A stretch of DNA of 40,546 nucleotides from Acholeplasmataceae bacterium (GTDB lineage Bacteria > Bacillota_I > Bacilli_A > Acholeplasmatales > Acholeplasmataceae), in contig JAFGTI010000044.1 in the NCBI GenBank assembly GCA_016934175.1, forward strand, positions 1-40,546. The letters are read 5' to 3'. The position numbers were made by a program, and so were the translations under genes. Each line of letters opens with the position of its first letter. Positions within the stretch are counted from its first letter, which is position 1. This document shows positions 1-9,750 of this stretch, piece by piece. The notes under the pieces are model-generated. The model had not been told where the DNA came from. It saw nothing but the letters and a program-made list of their open reading frames with translations, and ran no database searches.

Positions 1-5
1 AAGTC

Positions 6-1079
6 ATGAAGAAAAAATTATTACTTATTTTATTTGTTATTGCATCACTTATCGTTTTAACAGGGTGCTCTCTTGATTTAAGAGCTGTAGTACCTTATAC
101 ATCACCTATTGCTTATGAACAACTCAGAATGGATATGATTGCCGAAGTTGAACCTTCTGCAGTTGTTATTAAAACAGAAACAGGACATGGATCAGGTGTT
201 ATCTTTAGAAGTGAAGATTTGGCTAATAGTGTAAAAAGATATTATATTATGACCAATTATCATGTTGTCGCAGATGCCGGGGAAATGATGGTACATTTTG
301 GTGGTGAAATTACTGATATACCAGTAATAGATTATGCAGGAAACGAAACTTATGATATTGCAGTTGTTCGTATTGAAACAACTGAAAATTTACGCGTTCA
401 ACATGTAGATCCAATTGAAAATAACACAAAGACAGAAATTATTGTCGGTCAAGATGTATATGCGATAGGAACTCCTCAAAGCATTGATAAATTTAATTAT
501 GTTACTCAGGGAATTGTTAGTATGGATACTTATCCTTATAACGGAGTTCAAGGACTTGTTATCATGCATGATGCTGAACTAAATCCAGGAAATAGTGGTG
601 GACCACTATTTAATCTTAATGGTGAATTAGTGGGTATTAATGTAGCTAAAGTTGCGACAATTTCTACTGTTGAAGGAACAATTTCTGCTGAAGGATTAAA
701 TTACTCATTAAACATTAATACGATTGCTCCAATAGTAAGAGGATTCACTGAATTTGATTATACAACTGTTGTTAGAAAACCAAGATTAGGTGTTACTGTT
801 CAAGAAGTTAGTGTTTTCCTTGAAAGTAATGATGCTTCATTATTACCTCCTGATCCAGAGGGTGTTGTTGTTATTGGATTTGATGAAACAAGAAACGCAA
901 TCAATTACTTAGAAATCAATGATTTAATTATTGAAATGGATGGAACAGCTGTGACATCAATTGCTGATATAGCTTTGAAACTTGAAGGTGCAGATTTTGG
1001 CGATCTTCATACACTTAAAGTGATGCGCAAAGTTGGAACAACATTCCAAGAAGTAACTGTGACATTTGCATTATCATGA
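6..1079 (+). CDS. HtrA/DegP-like trypsin serine protease lipoprotein with C-terminal PDZ domain
   Basis: Lipobox LTGC after a basic/hydrophobic leader; catalytic triad motifs TNYHVV, DIAVV, GNSGGPL; C-terminal PRLGV...DLIIEMDG PDZ-like region. Confidence 0.9.
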   Translation: MKKKLLLILFVIASLIVLTGCSLDLRAVVPYTSPIAYEQLRMDMIAEVEPSAVVIKTETGHGSGVIFRSEDLANSVKRYYIMTNYHVVADAGEMMVHFGGEITDIPVIDYAGNETYDIAVVRIETTENLRVQHVDPIENNTKTEIIVGQDVYAIGTPQSIDKFNYVTQGIVSMDTYPYNGVQGLVIMHDAELNPGNSGGPLFNLNGELVGINVAKVATISTVEGTISAEGLNYSLNINTIAPIVRGFTEFDYTTVVRKPRLGVTVQEVSVFLESNDASLLPPDPEGVVVIGFDETRNAINYLEINDLIIEMDGTAVTSIADIALKLEGADFGDLHTLKVMRKVGTTFQEVTVTFALS

Positions 1080-1537
1080 TTGCAAAAAAAGTATTTACTA
1101 AATGTCTGAATAAGGGCTTAACTATGGCATTTGCCGAAAGTATGACTGGCGGAGCTTTAACCTATGAAATAGTTAAAAACCCAGGAGCATCCAAAGTTAC
1201 TCCTGGTGGTATTATTACGTATAGTACTCAACAAAAAATAAAAAGTTTACATCTTGATCCTAGTCTTTTTGAGCAATATGATGTAGTAAGCAAAGAGGTT
1301 GCAGAAAAGATGGCATCAGCGATTAAACAGATTATGAAAACTGATATTGGAATTTCAGTAACAGGTAATGCAGGACCAGAAAAACAGACAAATACTGATT
1401 CACTTGATGCCTGGATTGCAATAAATTTTAAAGGAAATATCTGGAGTTACCATCTTGAGTTTCATGAGCTGACAAGGGTGCAATCAATAAAAAAAACTGT
1501 CAAATTTATTTATGAAAAACTAGATGAATGCTTCTAA
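1076..1537 (+). CDS. CinA C-terminal domain / NMN amidohydrolase (PncC-like)
   Basis: AESMTGG and ISVTGNAGP motifs; ATGA overlap with the upstream gene. Confidence 0.85.
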   Translation: MIAKKVFTKCLNKGLTMAFAESMTGGALTYEIVKNPGASKVTPGGIITYSTQQKIKSLHLDPSLFEQYDVVSKEVAEKMASAIKQIMKTDIGISVTGNAGPEKQTNTDSLDAWIAINFKGNIWSYHLEFHELTRVQSIKKTVKFIYEKLDECF

Positions 1538-1558
1538 AAAAAACACATTTAAAAATCG

Positions 1559-1587
1559 TTGTATTAAGATATTATATATGATATAAT
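1559..1587 (+). promoter_or_regulatory. Sigma-70 promoter of rpsF-ssb-rpsR
   Basis: TTGTAT (1559-1564), 17-bp spacer, TGnTATAAT (-10 at 1582-1587). Confidence 0.7.
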
Positions 1588-1605
1588 GATTGAGCATAAG
1601 ATATA

Positions 1606-1643
1606 TCCTTGTCTTATAAAAGACCATAGACCAGAAGGAGGTG
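1606..1643 (+). promoter_or_regulatory. rpsF leader (S6:S18-binding autoregulatory RNA)
   Basis: TCCTT (1606-1610) can pair with SD AAGGA (1635-1639); inner hairpin GTCTT-ATAA-AAGAC followed by the CCA (CCR) motif. Confidence 0.75.
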
Positions 1644-1649
1644 GAACAG

Positions 1650-1937
1650 ATGAGAAAATACGAAGTTATGTATATCATCCGTCCGACTGTTGAAAGTGAG
1701 AATATTAAAACGATTGTAAATCATTTTAACGAGATTTTCGTTAATTACAATAGTACAGTACTCGAACTTAAAGAGTTGGGACTAAAAGATTTAGCTTATG
1801 AAATTGAACATCACAGAAAAGGCTATTATGTTTGGTTGCTCGTTGATGCAACTCCTGAAGCAATTGCTGAATTTAATCGTGTTGTTAGAATTACAGAAGA
1901 AGTCATTCGATTTATTGTTGTAAAGGAAGGCGAATAA
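1650..1937 (+). CDS. rpsF: 30S ribosomal protein S6
   Basis: [12 protein letters not shown]...LAYEI...GYY; ATG 1650 preferred over GTG 1641 because AAGGAGGTG lies just upstream. Confidence 0.97.
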   Translation: MRKYEVMYIIRPTVESENIKTIVNHFNEIFVNYNSTVLELKELGLKDLAYEIEHHRKGYYVWLLVDATPEAIAEFNRVVRITEEVIRFIVVKEGE

Positions 1938-1939
1938 AT

Positions 1940-2362
1940 ATGATTAACAGAGTCGTTCTGGTGGGTAGAATTACCAAAGATCCAGAGAAAAAAGAGACCC
2001 AATCAAATATCGCTGTTGTCAGCTTTACACTTGCAGTGAATCGTCAATTTACTGATCAATCAGGAGAAAGACAAGCTGACTTCATTCAATGCGTCGTTTG
2101 GCGCAAACAAGCAGAAAATTTAGCACGCTATGTAAAAAAGGGTGCACTACTAGGTATCGAAGGTCGTATTCAAACGAGAAATTATGAATCTGACAACGGT
2201 ACACGTTATGTAACAGAAGTGGTTTGTGATTCCGTTCAGTTCTTAGAAAGTAAGGGCGATACAGGAGACACACCATATGAAAAAGATACGGATACTGCAG
2301 ATAATGACGAGTTCTATGAAACAAGTAAGCAACTCGCTGCAGAAGAAGATCTACCATTTTAA
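1940..2362 (+). CDS. ssb: Single-stranded DNA-binding protein
   Basis: [26 protein letters not shown], acidic C-terminus EEDLPF; rpsF-ssb-rpsR synteny. Confidence 0.97.
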   Translation: MINRVVLVGRITKDPEKKETQSNIAVVSFTLAVNRQFTDQSGERQADFIQCVVWRKQAENLARYVKKGALLGIEGRIQTRNYESDNGTRYVTEVVCDSVQFLESKGDTGDTPYEKDTDTADNDEFYETSKQLAAEEDLPF

Positions 2363-2374
2363 GGAGGAAAAATA

Positions 2375-2614
2375 ATGCATCAACAAAGACGCGGCGGCGG
2401 ATTTAAAAAACGTAAGAAGGTTTGTTACTTTACACAAAATAAAGTTGAACATATCGACTTCAAGGATGTTGAGCTATTAAAGAGATTCATTACAGATCGC
2501 GGTAAGATTTTACCAAGACGTGTAACTGGAACATCTGCTAAATGGCAACGTCCACTTGCAATTGCAATTAAAAGAGCACGCCACATGGCTTTATTGCCAT
2601 TCGTAAAAGACTAA
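2375..2614 (+). CDS. rpsR: 30S ribosomal protein S18
   Basis: [33 protein letters not shown]. Confidence 0.97.
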   Translation: MHQQRRGGGFKKRKKVCYFTQNKVEHIDFKDVELLKRFITDRGKILPRRVTGTSAKWQRPLAIAIKRARHMALLPFVKD

Positions 2615-2621
2615 TTAATTT

Positions 2622-2650
2622 AAACTGCATTGACATGCAGTTTTTATTTT
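2622..2650 (+). terminator. Rho-independent terminator after rpsR
   Basis: AAACTGCAT-TGAC-ATGCAGTTT stem followed by a T-rich tail. Confidence 0.8.
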
Positions 2651-2669
2651 CTAAGAAACTTTATTTAGA

Positions 2670-2698
2670 TTGAAATAGCACCATATTATTGATATAAT
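2670..2698 (+). promoter_or_regulatory. Sigma-70 promoter of gdpP-rplI-helicase
   Basis: TTGAAA (2670-2675), 17 bp, TGnTATAAT (2693-2698). Confidence 0.7.
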
Positions 2699-2720
2699 AT
2701 GCTTAAAGTAGGTGGTTCTC

Positions 2721-5156
2721 ATGAAACGATGGTTATTCTTCATACTCGCTTTGCTTATTTTTGGCACGAGTGTGTATTTGTACTTACCTTATTTTCAATT
2801 TGAGTCGACACAACATCTGACATCGTTTATTATGTTATTGGGCAGTTTTGTCCTTATTTTTGTCGCGTTATATGTTACGTTCAATTTTCAAAATAGACAA
2901 AAAGTTAAAACATTACAAAATCGATTATCTATGTGGACCAAATTATCGTATCATGTGAATCAAGTTGGAGATGAAGTGTTTAACGAACTTCCAATTGGTA
3001 TCATCGCACTTGATGAAGATTTCGAGATTAAATGGGCAAATCCGCATGCAAAAACTATTTTTGATGCGAAAATTATGGGGAAAGATTTAAAAGATGTTCA
3101 TCCTCAATTGCATCTTGCTGCAATGAACAACAAGATTCAATTTATGATTCAAATTAAGAATGAAACCTATGATGTTACTTATCGTTCTGAATATAAATTT
3201 TTCTATTTATTTAATGTCACTGATCGAGAATTGGTTAGACAAAGATATAATGAACAAATTCCTGCCTTAGGTATTATTTATTTAGATAATCTGGATGAAG
3301 CGATTGGTTCAATGGATGTTTCTGAACAATCAAGCTTAAAAGGTGAATATTTAGCAGCTATCGCAGATTGGGCTAATAAATATAATGGGTTTTTAAAGCC
3401 TTATGCTGATGAACGTCTAGTTGTTCTTCTTTATCGGAAGCAGTTAGATATAATGATTCAAGATAAATTTGATATTTTGGACAAAATTAGGCTTATCTCA
3501 ACTCAAAATCATGTAAGAGTCAGTATTTCTATGGGGATTGCCTCATGGGATGTGAATTATGAAGAACTTGGTATTTATGCACAAAATGCTGTTGAACTTG
3601 CTGAAAAACGAGGTGGAGACCAGGTTGTTGTTAATATTCAAGATCAGAAAATTGCATATTTTGGTGCAAAAAATGATGCATCAGCTAAGAATTCAAGAGT
3701 TGGTGTAAGAATCAATGCACAAACGATAAAAGATTTTATTGAGAAGTCTTCAAATGTTTTAGTGATGGGACATCATCAAGCAGACTTAGATGCTTTTGGA
3801 GCAATGATAGCCGTTTATCATATGGCGAAAGCGAGTAAAAAACCAGTTTGGCTAGTTGTCGATGAAGAAAAGCTTGATAAAACTGTACAAAAAATATATA
3901 ATCTTGCAAAAAATGAAATACCGTCATTAGTTGAAAATTGTTTGAATTCGGATGTTGCAATGAAACAAATCAATCCGGATACTTTACTCATTGTTGTCGA
4001 TACACAATCACCTAAAATGGTGATGAGTCCTGAAATTTTAGAGAAGATAAATAAGCTTGTGATTATCGATCATCATCGCGTCAGTGAAGAAAGTTTTAAT
4101 GCAGTCTTTAGTTTTATAGAACCTTATGCATCATCTACAGTTGAACTGATGATGGAACTTCTTAATTTTTATAATATGGAGGAAGAATTGAAAATTTCTC
4201 CATTTGAAGCATCCATACTTTATGGTGGATTAGTTGTTGATACCAATAATTTTTCTTATCGTACGGGTTCAAGAACTTTTGAAGTTGCTGCAAAATTGAA
4301 AGATATAGGTGCCGATGTCACAGAAGTTAAATTATGGTTACGCCGTGATTTAATGAGAACGTTAGAAATTAATAAACTTTTAGATAATATAGAAATTTAT
4401 CTCGATCGATTTGGATTTGTTATTACAACAGATATTTATGATGATCGCATATTATTAGCTCAAGTTGCTGATGCAGCATTACAAATTAATGGTGTTGATG
4501 CAGCATTTATGATTGCGAGAATTGATTCGAATACTATCGGAGTTTCAGCACGTTCATATCAAAATATCAACGTGCAAATCTTGATGGAAGCCTTAGGTGG
4601 AGGTGGGCACTTAAATAGTGCAGCTGCGCAAATAAAAGAAACATCCGTACAGGATGTATTTGATCAATTAAAAAATTATATAGACTTAGAATACGGTGGA
4701 GGTGGAGAACCAATGAAAATAATTTTATTAGAGGATGTTAAAGGCAAAGGAAAGAAAGACGATGTTATTGAAGTTGCTGGAGGTTATGGTCAGTTTCTGA
4801 TTACTCAAAAAAAAGGATTACTAGCAACTGATGAAAATATTGCAGAACTTAATAGAGTTAAAGAAGAAGCATTTGAAGCAAATCAAAGACATTTAAACTT
4901 AATGAAAAAATTGAAAGCTGAAATTGATAACAAAAAAGTAACATTGGGAATTCAAATTGGACAAGATGGTAAGTTATTTGGTAGTGTAACAACAAAACAG
5001 ATTGTAGAAGCTTTTGAGCAAGCGCATCACATCTTAATCGATAGAAAAAAAGTAGATCTTTCTAGCGATATTAATTCAATCGGAATTTATACTGCAACAG
5101 TATCGCTTCATAAAGATATCAAAGCACAATTTGAAGTACATATCATTGAAAAGTAG
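2721..5156 (+). CDS. gdpP-rplI: GdpP-type c-di-AMP phosphodiesterase (2TM-PAS-degenerate GGDEF-DHH/DHHA1) fused in frame to 50S ribosomal protein L9
   Basis: Two TM helices; RGGDQVV; GHHQADLDAFG, VVDT, IDHH, GGGGH; then GGGGEP-MKIILLEDVKGKGKK...GKLFGSVT (L9, 4713-5156) with no intervening stop. ATG 2721 follows TAGGTGG. Confidence 0.9.
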   Translation: MKRWLFFILALLIFGTSVYLYLPYFQFESTQHLTSFIMLLGSFVLIFVALYVTFNFQNRQKVKTLQNRLSMWTKLSYHVNQVGDEVFNELPIGIIALDEDFEIKWANPHAKTIFDAKIMGKDLKDVHPQLHLAAMNNKIQFMIQIKNETYDVTYRSEYKFFYLFNVTDRELVRQRYNEQIPALGIIYLDNLDEAIGSMDVSEQSSLKGEYLAAIADWANKYNGFLKPYADERLVVLLYRKQLDIMIQDKFDILDKIRLISTQNHVRVSISMGIASWDVNYEELGIYAQNAVELAEKRGGDQVVVNIQDQKIAYFGAKNDASAKNSRVGVRINAQTIKDFIEKSSNVLVMGHHQADLDAFGAMIAVYHMAKASKKPVWLVVDEEKLDKTVQKIYNLAKNEIPSLVENCLNSDVAMKQINPDTLLIVVDTQSPKMVMSPEILEKINKLVIIDHHRVSEESFNAVFSFIEPYASSTVELMMELLNFYNMEEELKISPFEASILYGGLVVDTNNFSYRTGSRTFEVAAKLKDIGADVTEVKLWLRRDLMRTLEINKLLDNIEIYLDRFGFVITTDIYDDRILLAQVADAALQINGVDAAFMIARIDSNTIGVSARSYQNINVQILMEALGGGGHLNSAAAQIKETSVQDVFDQLKNYIDLEYGGGGEPMKIILLEDVKGKGKKDDVIEVAGGYGQFLITQKKGLLATDENIAELNRVKEEAFEANQRHLNLMKKLKAEIDNKKVTLGIQIGQDGKLFGSVTTKQIVEAFEQAHHILIDRKKVDLSSDINSIGIYTATVSLHKDIKAQFEVHIIEK

Positions 5157-5165
5157 GTTATCAAA

Positions 5166-6521
5166 ATGGCTAAAAGTTTACCACACCATCATGAATCAGA
5201 ACAATCCGTATTAGGGGCAATCTTTTTAGATCCTAAACAGATTAACGCTGTAATTGACCAATTAAATAATGAAGATTTCTTTGAACAAGGGCACGCTTTG
5301 ATTTATCAAGCAATGAAGGAACTTTTTGTTGAAAACTTAAATATAGATTATACGAGTGTAGCTTCTAGACTTGAGCAAAATCAAAATCTTCAAAAAGCAG
5401 GAGGTATGAAATACCTTCTAGGTCTAGCTGAGGCTATCCCTTCGGTTAAGCATCTTGAAACTTATATTGATTTAGTTAAAGATAGATCTCTCAAAAGACA
5501 AGTTATTGAACTAGCCGGTAATATTCTTGAAGCTGGATATTCTGGAGATATGGATGCGAAGGATTATTTGACAAAAGCGGAAGAAGATATTTTTGCTTTA
5601 GCGCAAAAAAGAAAAACTTCAGCATTTTCTTTTCTTTCAGAAGTTATACACGAAGTCAAAGATAAAATGGAAAAAAACCGCGATAAAAAAGGTGGTATTA
5701 CAGGCTTAAGAACGGGGTTTTCTAATTTAGATAGTTTGACTGCAGGTCTTCAACCCGAAGAACTCATTATTTTAGCAGCTCGTCCTTCAATGGGGAAGAG
5801 TGCGTTTGCGATGAATTTAGCTATTAATGTTGCTAAGAGAAATAAAGATGGACAAGCTGGAGTTGCAATCTTCAGTTTGGAAATGAGTAACGAACAATTA
5901 GCTGGACGTATGTTAAGTTCAGAATCAAATATTGAAAACACTAAAATCAAAACTGGACATCTAACACCTAGAGAATGGCAGTTTTTAGAAGGTGGCATGC
6001 AGGGCTTAGCAAGGCTAAATATAGCGTTTGACGATTCTGCGGCTGTTACCGTTGCCGATATTAGAGCTAAATGTAGAAAACTAAGCCAAGAAGGAAAATT
6101 AGATTTTGTTGTTATTGACTATTTACAACTCATCAAAGGTGACGATCGTTCAGGAAATAGACAAGAAGAAGTTGCTAAAATCTCAAGAGGACTTAAGCAA
6201 ATGGCAAGAGAACTAAAGGTTCCTATTTTAGCACTCTCTCAGCTATCTCGTGAAGTTGAAAAAAGAGAAGATAAACGTCCCGTTCTTGCGGATTTAAGAG
6301 AATCCGGAAGTATTGAACAAGATGCTGATATTGTTATGTTTCTTTACCGTAAGGACTATTATGAAAGAGATGACAAGAACTTAACTGGTGAAGTTGATTT
6401 AAGTATTGCTAAGAATCGTCAAGGTATAGCGGGTATAACACAACATTACATGTTTGATACAGCGTTTTCAAGATTTACTGCTCAAGCTGAACGTACAGAC
6501 GATATTCAAAATAAAGATTAA
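5166..6521 (+). CDS. dnaB: Replicative DNA helicase
   Basis: AARPSMGKS Walker A, FSLEM, VIDYLQL, LSQLSR, DLRESGSIEQDAD. Confidence 0.97.
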   Translation: MAKSLPHHHESEQSVLGAIFLDPKQINAVIDQLNNEDFFEQGHALIYQAMKELFVENLNIDYTSVASRLEQNQNLQKAGGMKYLLGLAEAIPSVKHLETYIDLVKDRSLKRQVIELAGNILEAGYSGDMDAKDYLTKAEEDIFALAQKRKTSAFSFLSEVIHEVKDKMEKNRDKKGGITGLRTGFSNLDSLTAGLQPEELIILAARPSMGKSAFAMNLAINVAKRNKDGQAGVAIFSLEMSNEQLAGRMLSSESNIENTKIKTGHLTPREWQFLEGGMQGLARLNIAFDDSAAVTVADIRAKCRKLSQEGKLDFVVIDYLQLIKGDDRSGNRQEEVAKISRGLKQMARELKVPILALSQLSREVEKREDKRPVLADLRESGSIEQDADIVMFLYRKDYYERDDKNLTGEVDLSIAKNRQGIAGITQHYMFDTAFSRFTAQAERTDDIQNKD

Positions 6522-6555
6522 AAAAAAGAGGCACTCGCTTGAGTGCCTTTTATTT
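6521..6555. terminator. Bidirectional terminator between helicase and dps
   Basis: A-tract, AGGCACTC-GCTT-GAGTGCCT stem, T-tract; lies between convergent genes. Confidence 0.85.
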
Positions 6556-6561
6556 GAATAC

Positions 6562-6996
6562 TTATTTAAGTGTAGCCGATAACATCCAAATATGCTTTTC
6601 TAGACTCGAAATTGATTGAATCAGTAGATCAGCTGTTGCTTCATCATCTTGCTCTTGTGCAAGAAGTAAAACTTCTTTAAATTCTGTATTAAGTAATTTA
6701 AAGTCAGCTAATACATGGGCAATCATTTCTTCAGCCTTTTCAGTTCCAGATGCTTCTTTTAGAGATGTAATTGCTAAATAACCTTTCATATTCGATACAG
6801 GTTGTCCGCCAATCATTAATAATCTTTCTGCAAATGCATCATAAGCTTCATTGATTTCGTCATAGAACTCTTCAAATTTCACATGTAAAGGATAAAAGTT
6901 TGGTCCTGAAACATACCAATGAAAGTGATGTAATTTAGTGAATAAAACACTTAAATTTGCTACCTGCTTGTTTAAAGCTTGATAAAGTTTTTCCAT
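6562..6996 (-). CDS. dps: Dps family ferritin-like DNA protection protein
   Basis: KLHHFHWYVSGPNFYPLHVKFEE, DAFAER, LEKHIWML ferroxidase motifs. Confidence 0.95.
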   Translation of the reverse strand: MEKLYQALNKQVANLSVLFTKLHHFHWYVSGPNFYPLHVKFEEFYDEINEAYDAFAERLLMIGGQPVSNMKGYLAITSLKEASGTEKAEEMIAHVLADFKLLNTEFKEVLLLAQEQDDEATADLLIQSISSLEKHIWMLSATLK

Positions 6997-7035
6997 AATA
7001 TTTTTTACCTTTCCTTTCGTTTTCTTACTATCTTA

Positions 7036-7046
7036 ATTATAACACA
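7036..7046 (-). promoter_or_regulatory. Extended -10 promoter of dps
   Basis: Minus strand reads TGTGTTATAAT; no good -35 seen. Confidence 0.55.
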
Positions 7047-7188
7047 ATTTATAATTTAATGCTCGTGATTTGACTTACAAAACTTGAATTATGTGATTTA
7101 ATTTTCAGTAAAAATATACTTATTTACAAGCTATTTTCTATGGAATAATCATAAAAAATATGGTAATATAATTGAGCAGGTGATAAAT

Positions 7189-8253
7189 ATGTATGATCGA
7201 TTAAAATTGATAGAAAAACATTATCAAGAAATTCAAGATAAGCTTTCTAGTGGAAAGCTTGAAGTTAAAGAAATGACTGCTTTACTCATTGAGTCAAGTT
7301 CGATTCAAGAAACGGTTGAAACATATCGTTTTTTTAGGGATAAAACAAATGAATTGAAGGATTTAGAATTGATGATTTTAGAGGAACAAGACGAAGAAAT
7401 GATTGAAATGGTACAATTAGAAATTGATAAAATCAAAGACAAATTAGAACAAACTGATGAGAAACTCAAGATTTTATTATTACCTAAAGATCCCAATGAT
7501 GGAAAGAATGTTATCGTAGAAATTAAAGGTGCTGCAGGTGGAGATGAAGGCAATCTTTTTGCTGGAGATTTGTTTAGAATGTATTCTAAATATGCTGAAA
7601 CTCAAGGTTGGAAAATTGAAGTGATGAGTGCAATGGAAGGATCTATGGGAGGGTATACTTCGATAGAGTTTATGATTTCTGGAAAACAGGTTTATTCATT
7701 TTTGAAATATGAATCTGGAACACATCGTGTCCAAAGAGTACCTGAAACAGAATCTATGGGGCGCATCCACACATCAACTGCAACAGTTCATGTGATGCCA
7801 GAAGCTGAAGAAATTGAACTTGATATTAAATGGGAAGATATTCGTGTTGATACATATAATTCTAGTGGACCAGGTGGACAAAGCGTTAATACAACAAAGT
7901 CAGCTGTTCGTCTTTTTCATGAACCTAGTGGATTAATGGTTGCATGTCAAGAAGGTAAATCACAACACGAAAATAAAGCAACAGCTTTCAAATTACTCAA
8001 AGCAAGACTATTCGATTCAATTATTGAAGAACAGTTGGCTAAAGAAGGTGCGGACCGTAAAGCTTTAGTGGGCAGAGGCGATAGAAGCGAAAAAATTAGA
8101 ACATATAATTATCCCCAAAATCGTGTGACTGATCATAGAATTGGACTTACTTTACAAAGATTAGATGCGATTATCGAAGGAAGACTTGATCTCATCTTGG
8201 AACCACTTTTGAATGAATTTCAGAAGCGTCAACTTATGGGAGAAAAAGTGTGA
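7189..8253 (+). CDS. prfA: Peptide chain release factor 1
   Basis: GGQ motif (SGPGGQSVN), HRVQRVPET, RTYNYPQNRVTDHR; ATG 7189 follows CAGGTG. Confidence 0.97.
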   Translation: MYDRLKLIEKHYQEIQDKLSSGKLEVKEMTALLIESSSIQETVETYRFFRDKTNELKDLELMILEEQDEEMIEMVQLEIDKIKDKLEQTDEKLKILLLPKDPNDGKNVIVEIKGAAGGDEGNLFAGDLFRMYSKYAETQGWKIEVMSAMEGSMGGYTSIEFMISGKQVYSFLKYESGTHRVQRVPETESMGRIHTSTATVHVMPEAEEIELDIKWEDIRVDTYNSSGPGGQSVNTTKSAVRLFHEPSGLMVACQEGKSQHENKATAFKLLKARLFDSIIEEQLAKEGADRKALVGRGDRSEKIRTYNYPQNRVTDHRIGLTLQRLDAIIEGRLDLILEPLLNEFQKRQLMGEKV

Positions 8254-9110
8254 CCTACGAAGGACTGCTTAAGCAAGCGTATAAAAAAATAAAGAATATG
8301 GACAAAGAAGAAGAGGCAATTAAGTTACTTTTAATGGAGCTCTCTCAACAAAATCCTCATGAATTTTATCTAAATCTCAAATTAGAAGTAGATGAAAATT
8401 TAAGACTTGATTTTCTAAAAAAACTTGATCTTTATTTAAACGATGACATACCTGTTCAACATTTGATTGGATATTCTTATTTTTACGGACACTCCTTTCA
8501 AGTGAATGCTAATGTATTAATTCCTAGAAGTGAAACTGAACAACTCGTTGAGCATGTTTTATTTTACTATGACAAGTACTTTAGTCCTCAACACATAGAA
8601 GTTTTAGATCTTGGTACGGGTAGTGGTTGTATTGGACTTACTTTAGCATTAGAAGATGAAAAATTAGATGTGACGATTAGTGATATTAGCGAGGGTGCAT
8701 TAAAAATTGCAAAAGCAAACAAAGAAAAATTAAAAGCTAAAGTTAAAATTATTTTAAGTGATCTATTTGAAAATATTGATAATTCATACGATATGATTAT
8801 ATCTAATCCACCATATATTCCCGATTCTGAAGAAGTTCAAAGCATTGTAAAAAAAGAACCAAGTGTAGCGTTATATGGAGGCAAATTAGGCGTTGATTTC
8901 TATGAAAAAATACTTGATCACTCAAGAAAACATGTTAACGAAAGAGCATTGATTGCCTTTGAACATGGCTATCAACAAAAAGAACAAATTTATCAATTTG
9001 CCAGAATCTTTTACCCCGAAGCTATCATTATCCAACTTAAAGATCTAGCAGGAAAAGATCGATTTACATTGATTGGTTTGGGAGGTGTTTTAAAAGATGA
9101 GAAACGGTGA
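8250..9110 (+). CDS. prmC: Release factor glutamine methyltransferase
   Basis: LIPRSETE, LDLGTGSG, SNPPY; follows prfA. Confidence 0.95.
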   Translation: MTYEGLLKQAYKKIKNMDKEEEAIKLLLMELSQQNPHEFYLNLKLEVDENLRLDFLKKLDLYLNDDIPVQHLIGYSYFYGHSFQVNANVLIPRSETEQLVEHVLFYYDKYFSPQHIEVLDLGTGSGCIGLTLALEDEKLDVTISDISEGALKIAKANKEKLKAKVKIILSDLFENIDNSYDMIISNPPYIPDSEEVQSIVKKEPSVALYGGKLGVDFYEKILDHSRKHVNERALIAFEHGYQQKEQIYQFARIFYPEAIIIQLKDLAGKDRFTLIGLGGVLKDEKR

Positions 9111-9654
9111 ATTAATTATCATTCCAACAGACACAGTTTACGGCCTTGCAGCAAAGTTATATGATCAAAAAGCTTTAGAGAAAATTTATCAACTCAAGGG
9201 TAGAGAATTGTCAAAGCAAATACCACTTTTATGCCACAAAATTAGTGATTTAGATCATATTGCAATTGTAGATGAAAATGCTAGAAAATTGATGGAGTTC
9301 TTTTGGCCAGGACAGATTACTTTTGTTCTTTCTACTAAACCAGAATTCTATGAAAAAACACATGAATCAACGATTGCTTGCCGTATTCCAAACCATCCAC
9401 TAGCGTTAAGTATTATTAAAAAGTATGGTGTGCTTAGAACCACAAGTTTAAACAAAAGTGGAGAGCCACCATTAGAAGATTTTTCTGAGATCGTTTACAA
9501 ATTTGGAACAGATGTCGCAGAAATCTATAAACAAAACATAGAACCCAGTCGTTTATCTTCAACAGTTGTTGATTTATCTAAAGGCGAGATTAATATACTC
9601 AGACAAGGGACAATCACAATAGAAGACATAAATCGCGTGATTGGAAAATTATGA
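9097..9654 (+). CDS. tsaC: L-threonylcarbamoyladenylate synthase (YrdC/Sua5 family, short form)
   Basis: PTDTVYGL, KGR, FWPG, TSLNKSG, STVVD, ILRQG. Confidence 0.9.
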   Translation: MRNGELIIIPTDTVYGLAAKLYDQKALEKIYQLKGRELSKQIPLLCHKISDLDHIAIVDENARKLMEFFWPGQITFVLSTKPEFYEKTHESTIACRIPNHPLALSIIKKYGVLRTTSLNKSGEPPLEDFSEIVYKFGTDVAEIYKQNIEPSRLSSTVVDLSKGEINILRQGTITIEDINRVIGKL

Positions 9655-9672
9655 CCTATATTATAGGGTAAT

Positions 9673-9698
9673 AAAGTCTTTTCGAAGACTTTTTTTGT
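9673..9698 (+). terminator. Rho-independent terminator after tsaC
   Basis: AAAGTCTT-TTCG-AAGACTTT plus T-tract. Confidence 0.8.
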
Positions 9699-9750
9699 TC
9701 ATTTTTGTGAAAATGTTATATAATATATAAGGTTATGAAAAGAGGAACAT

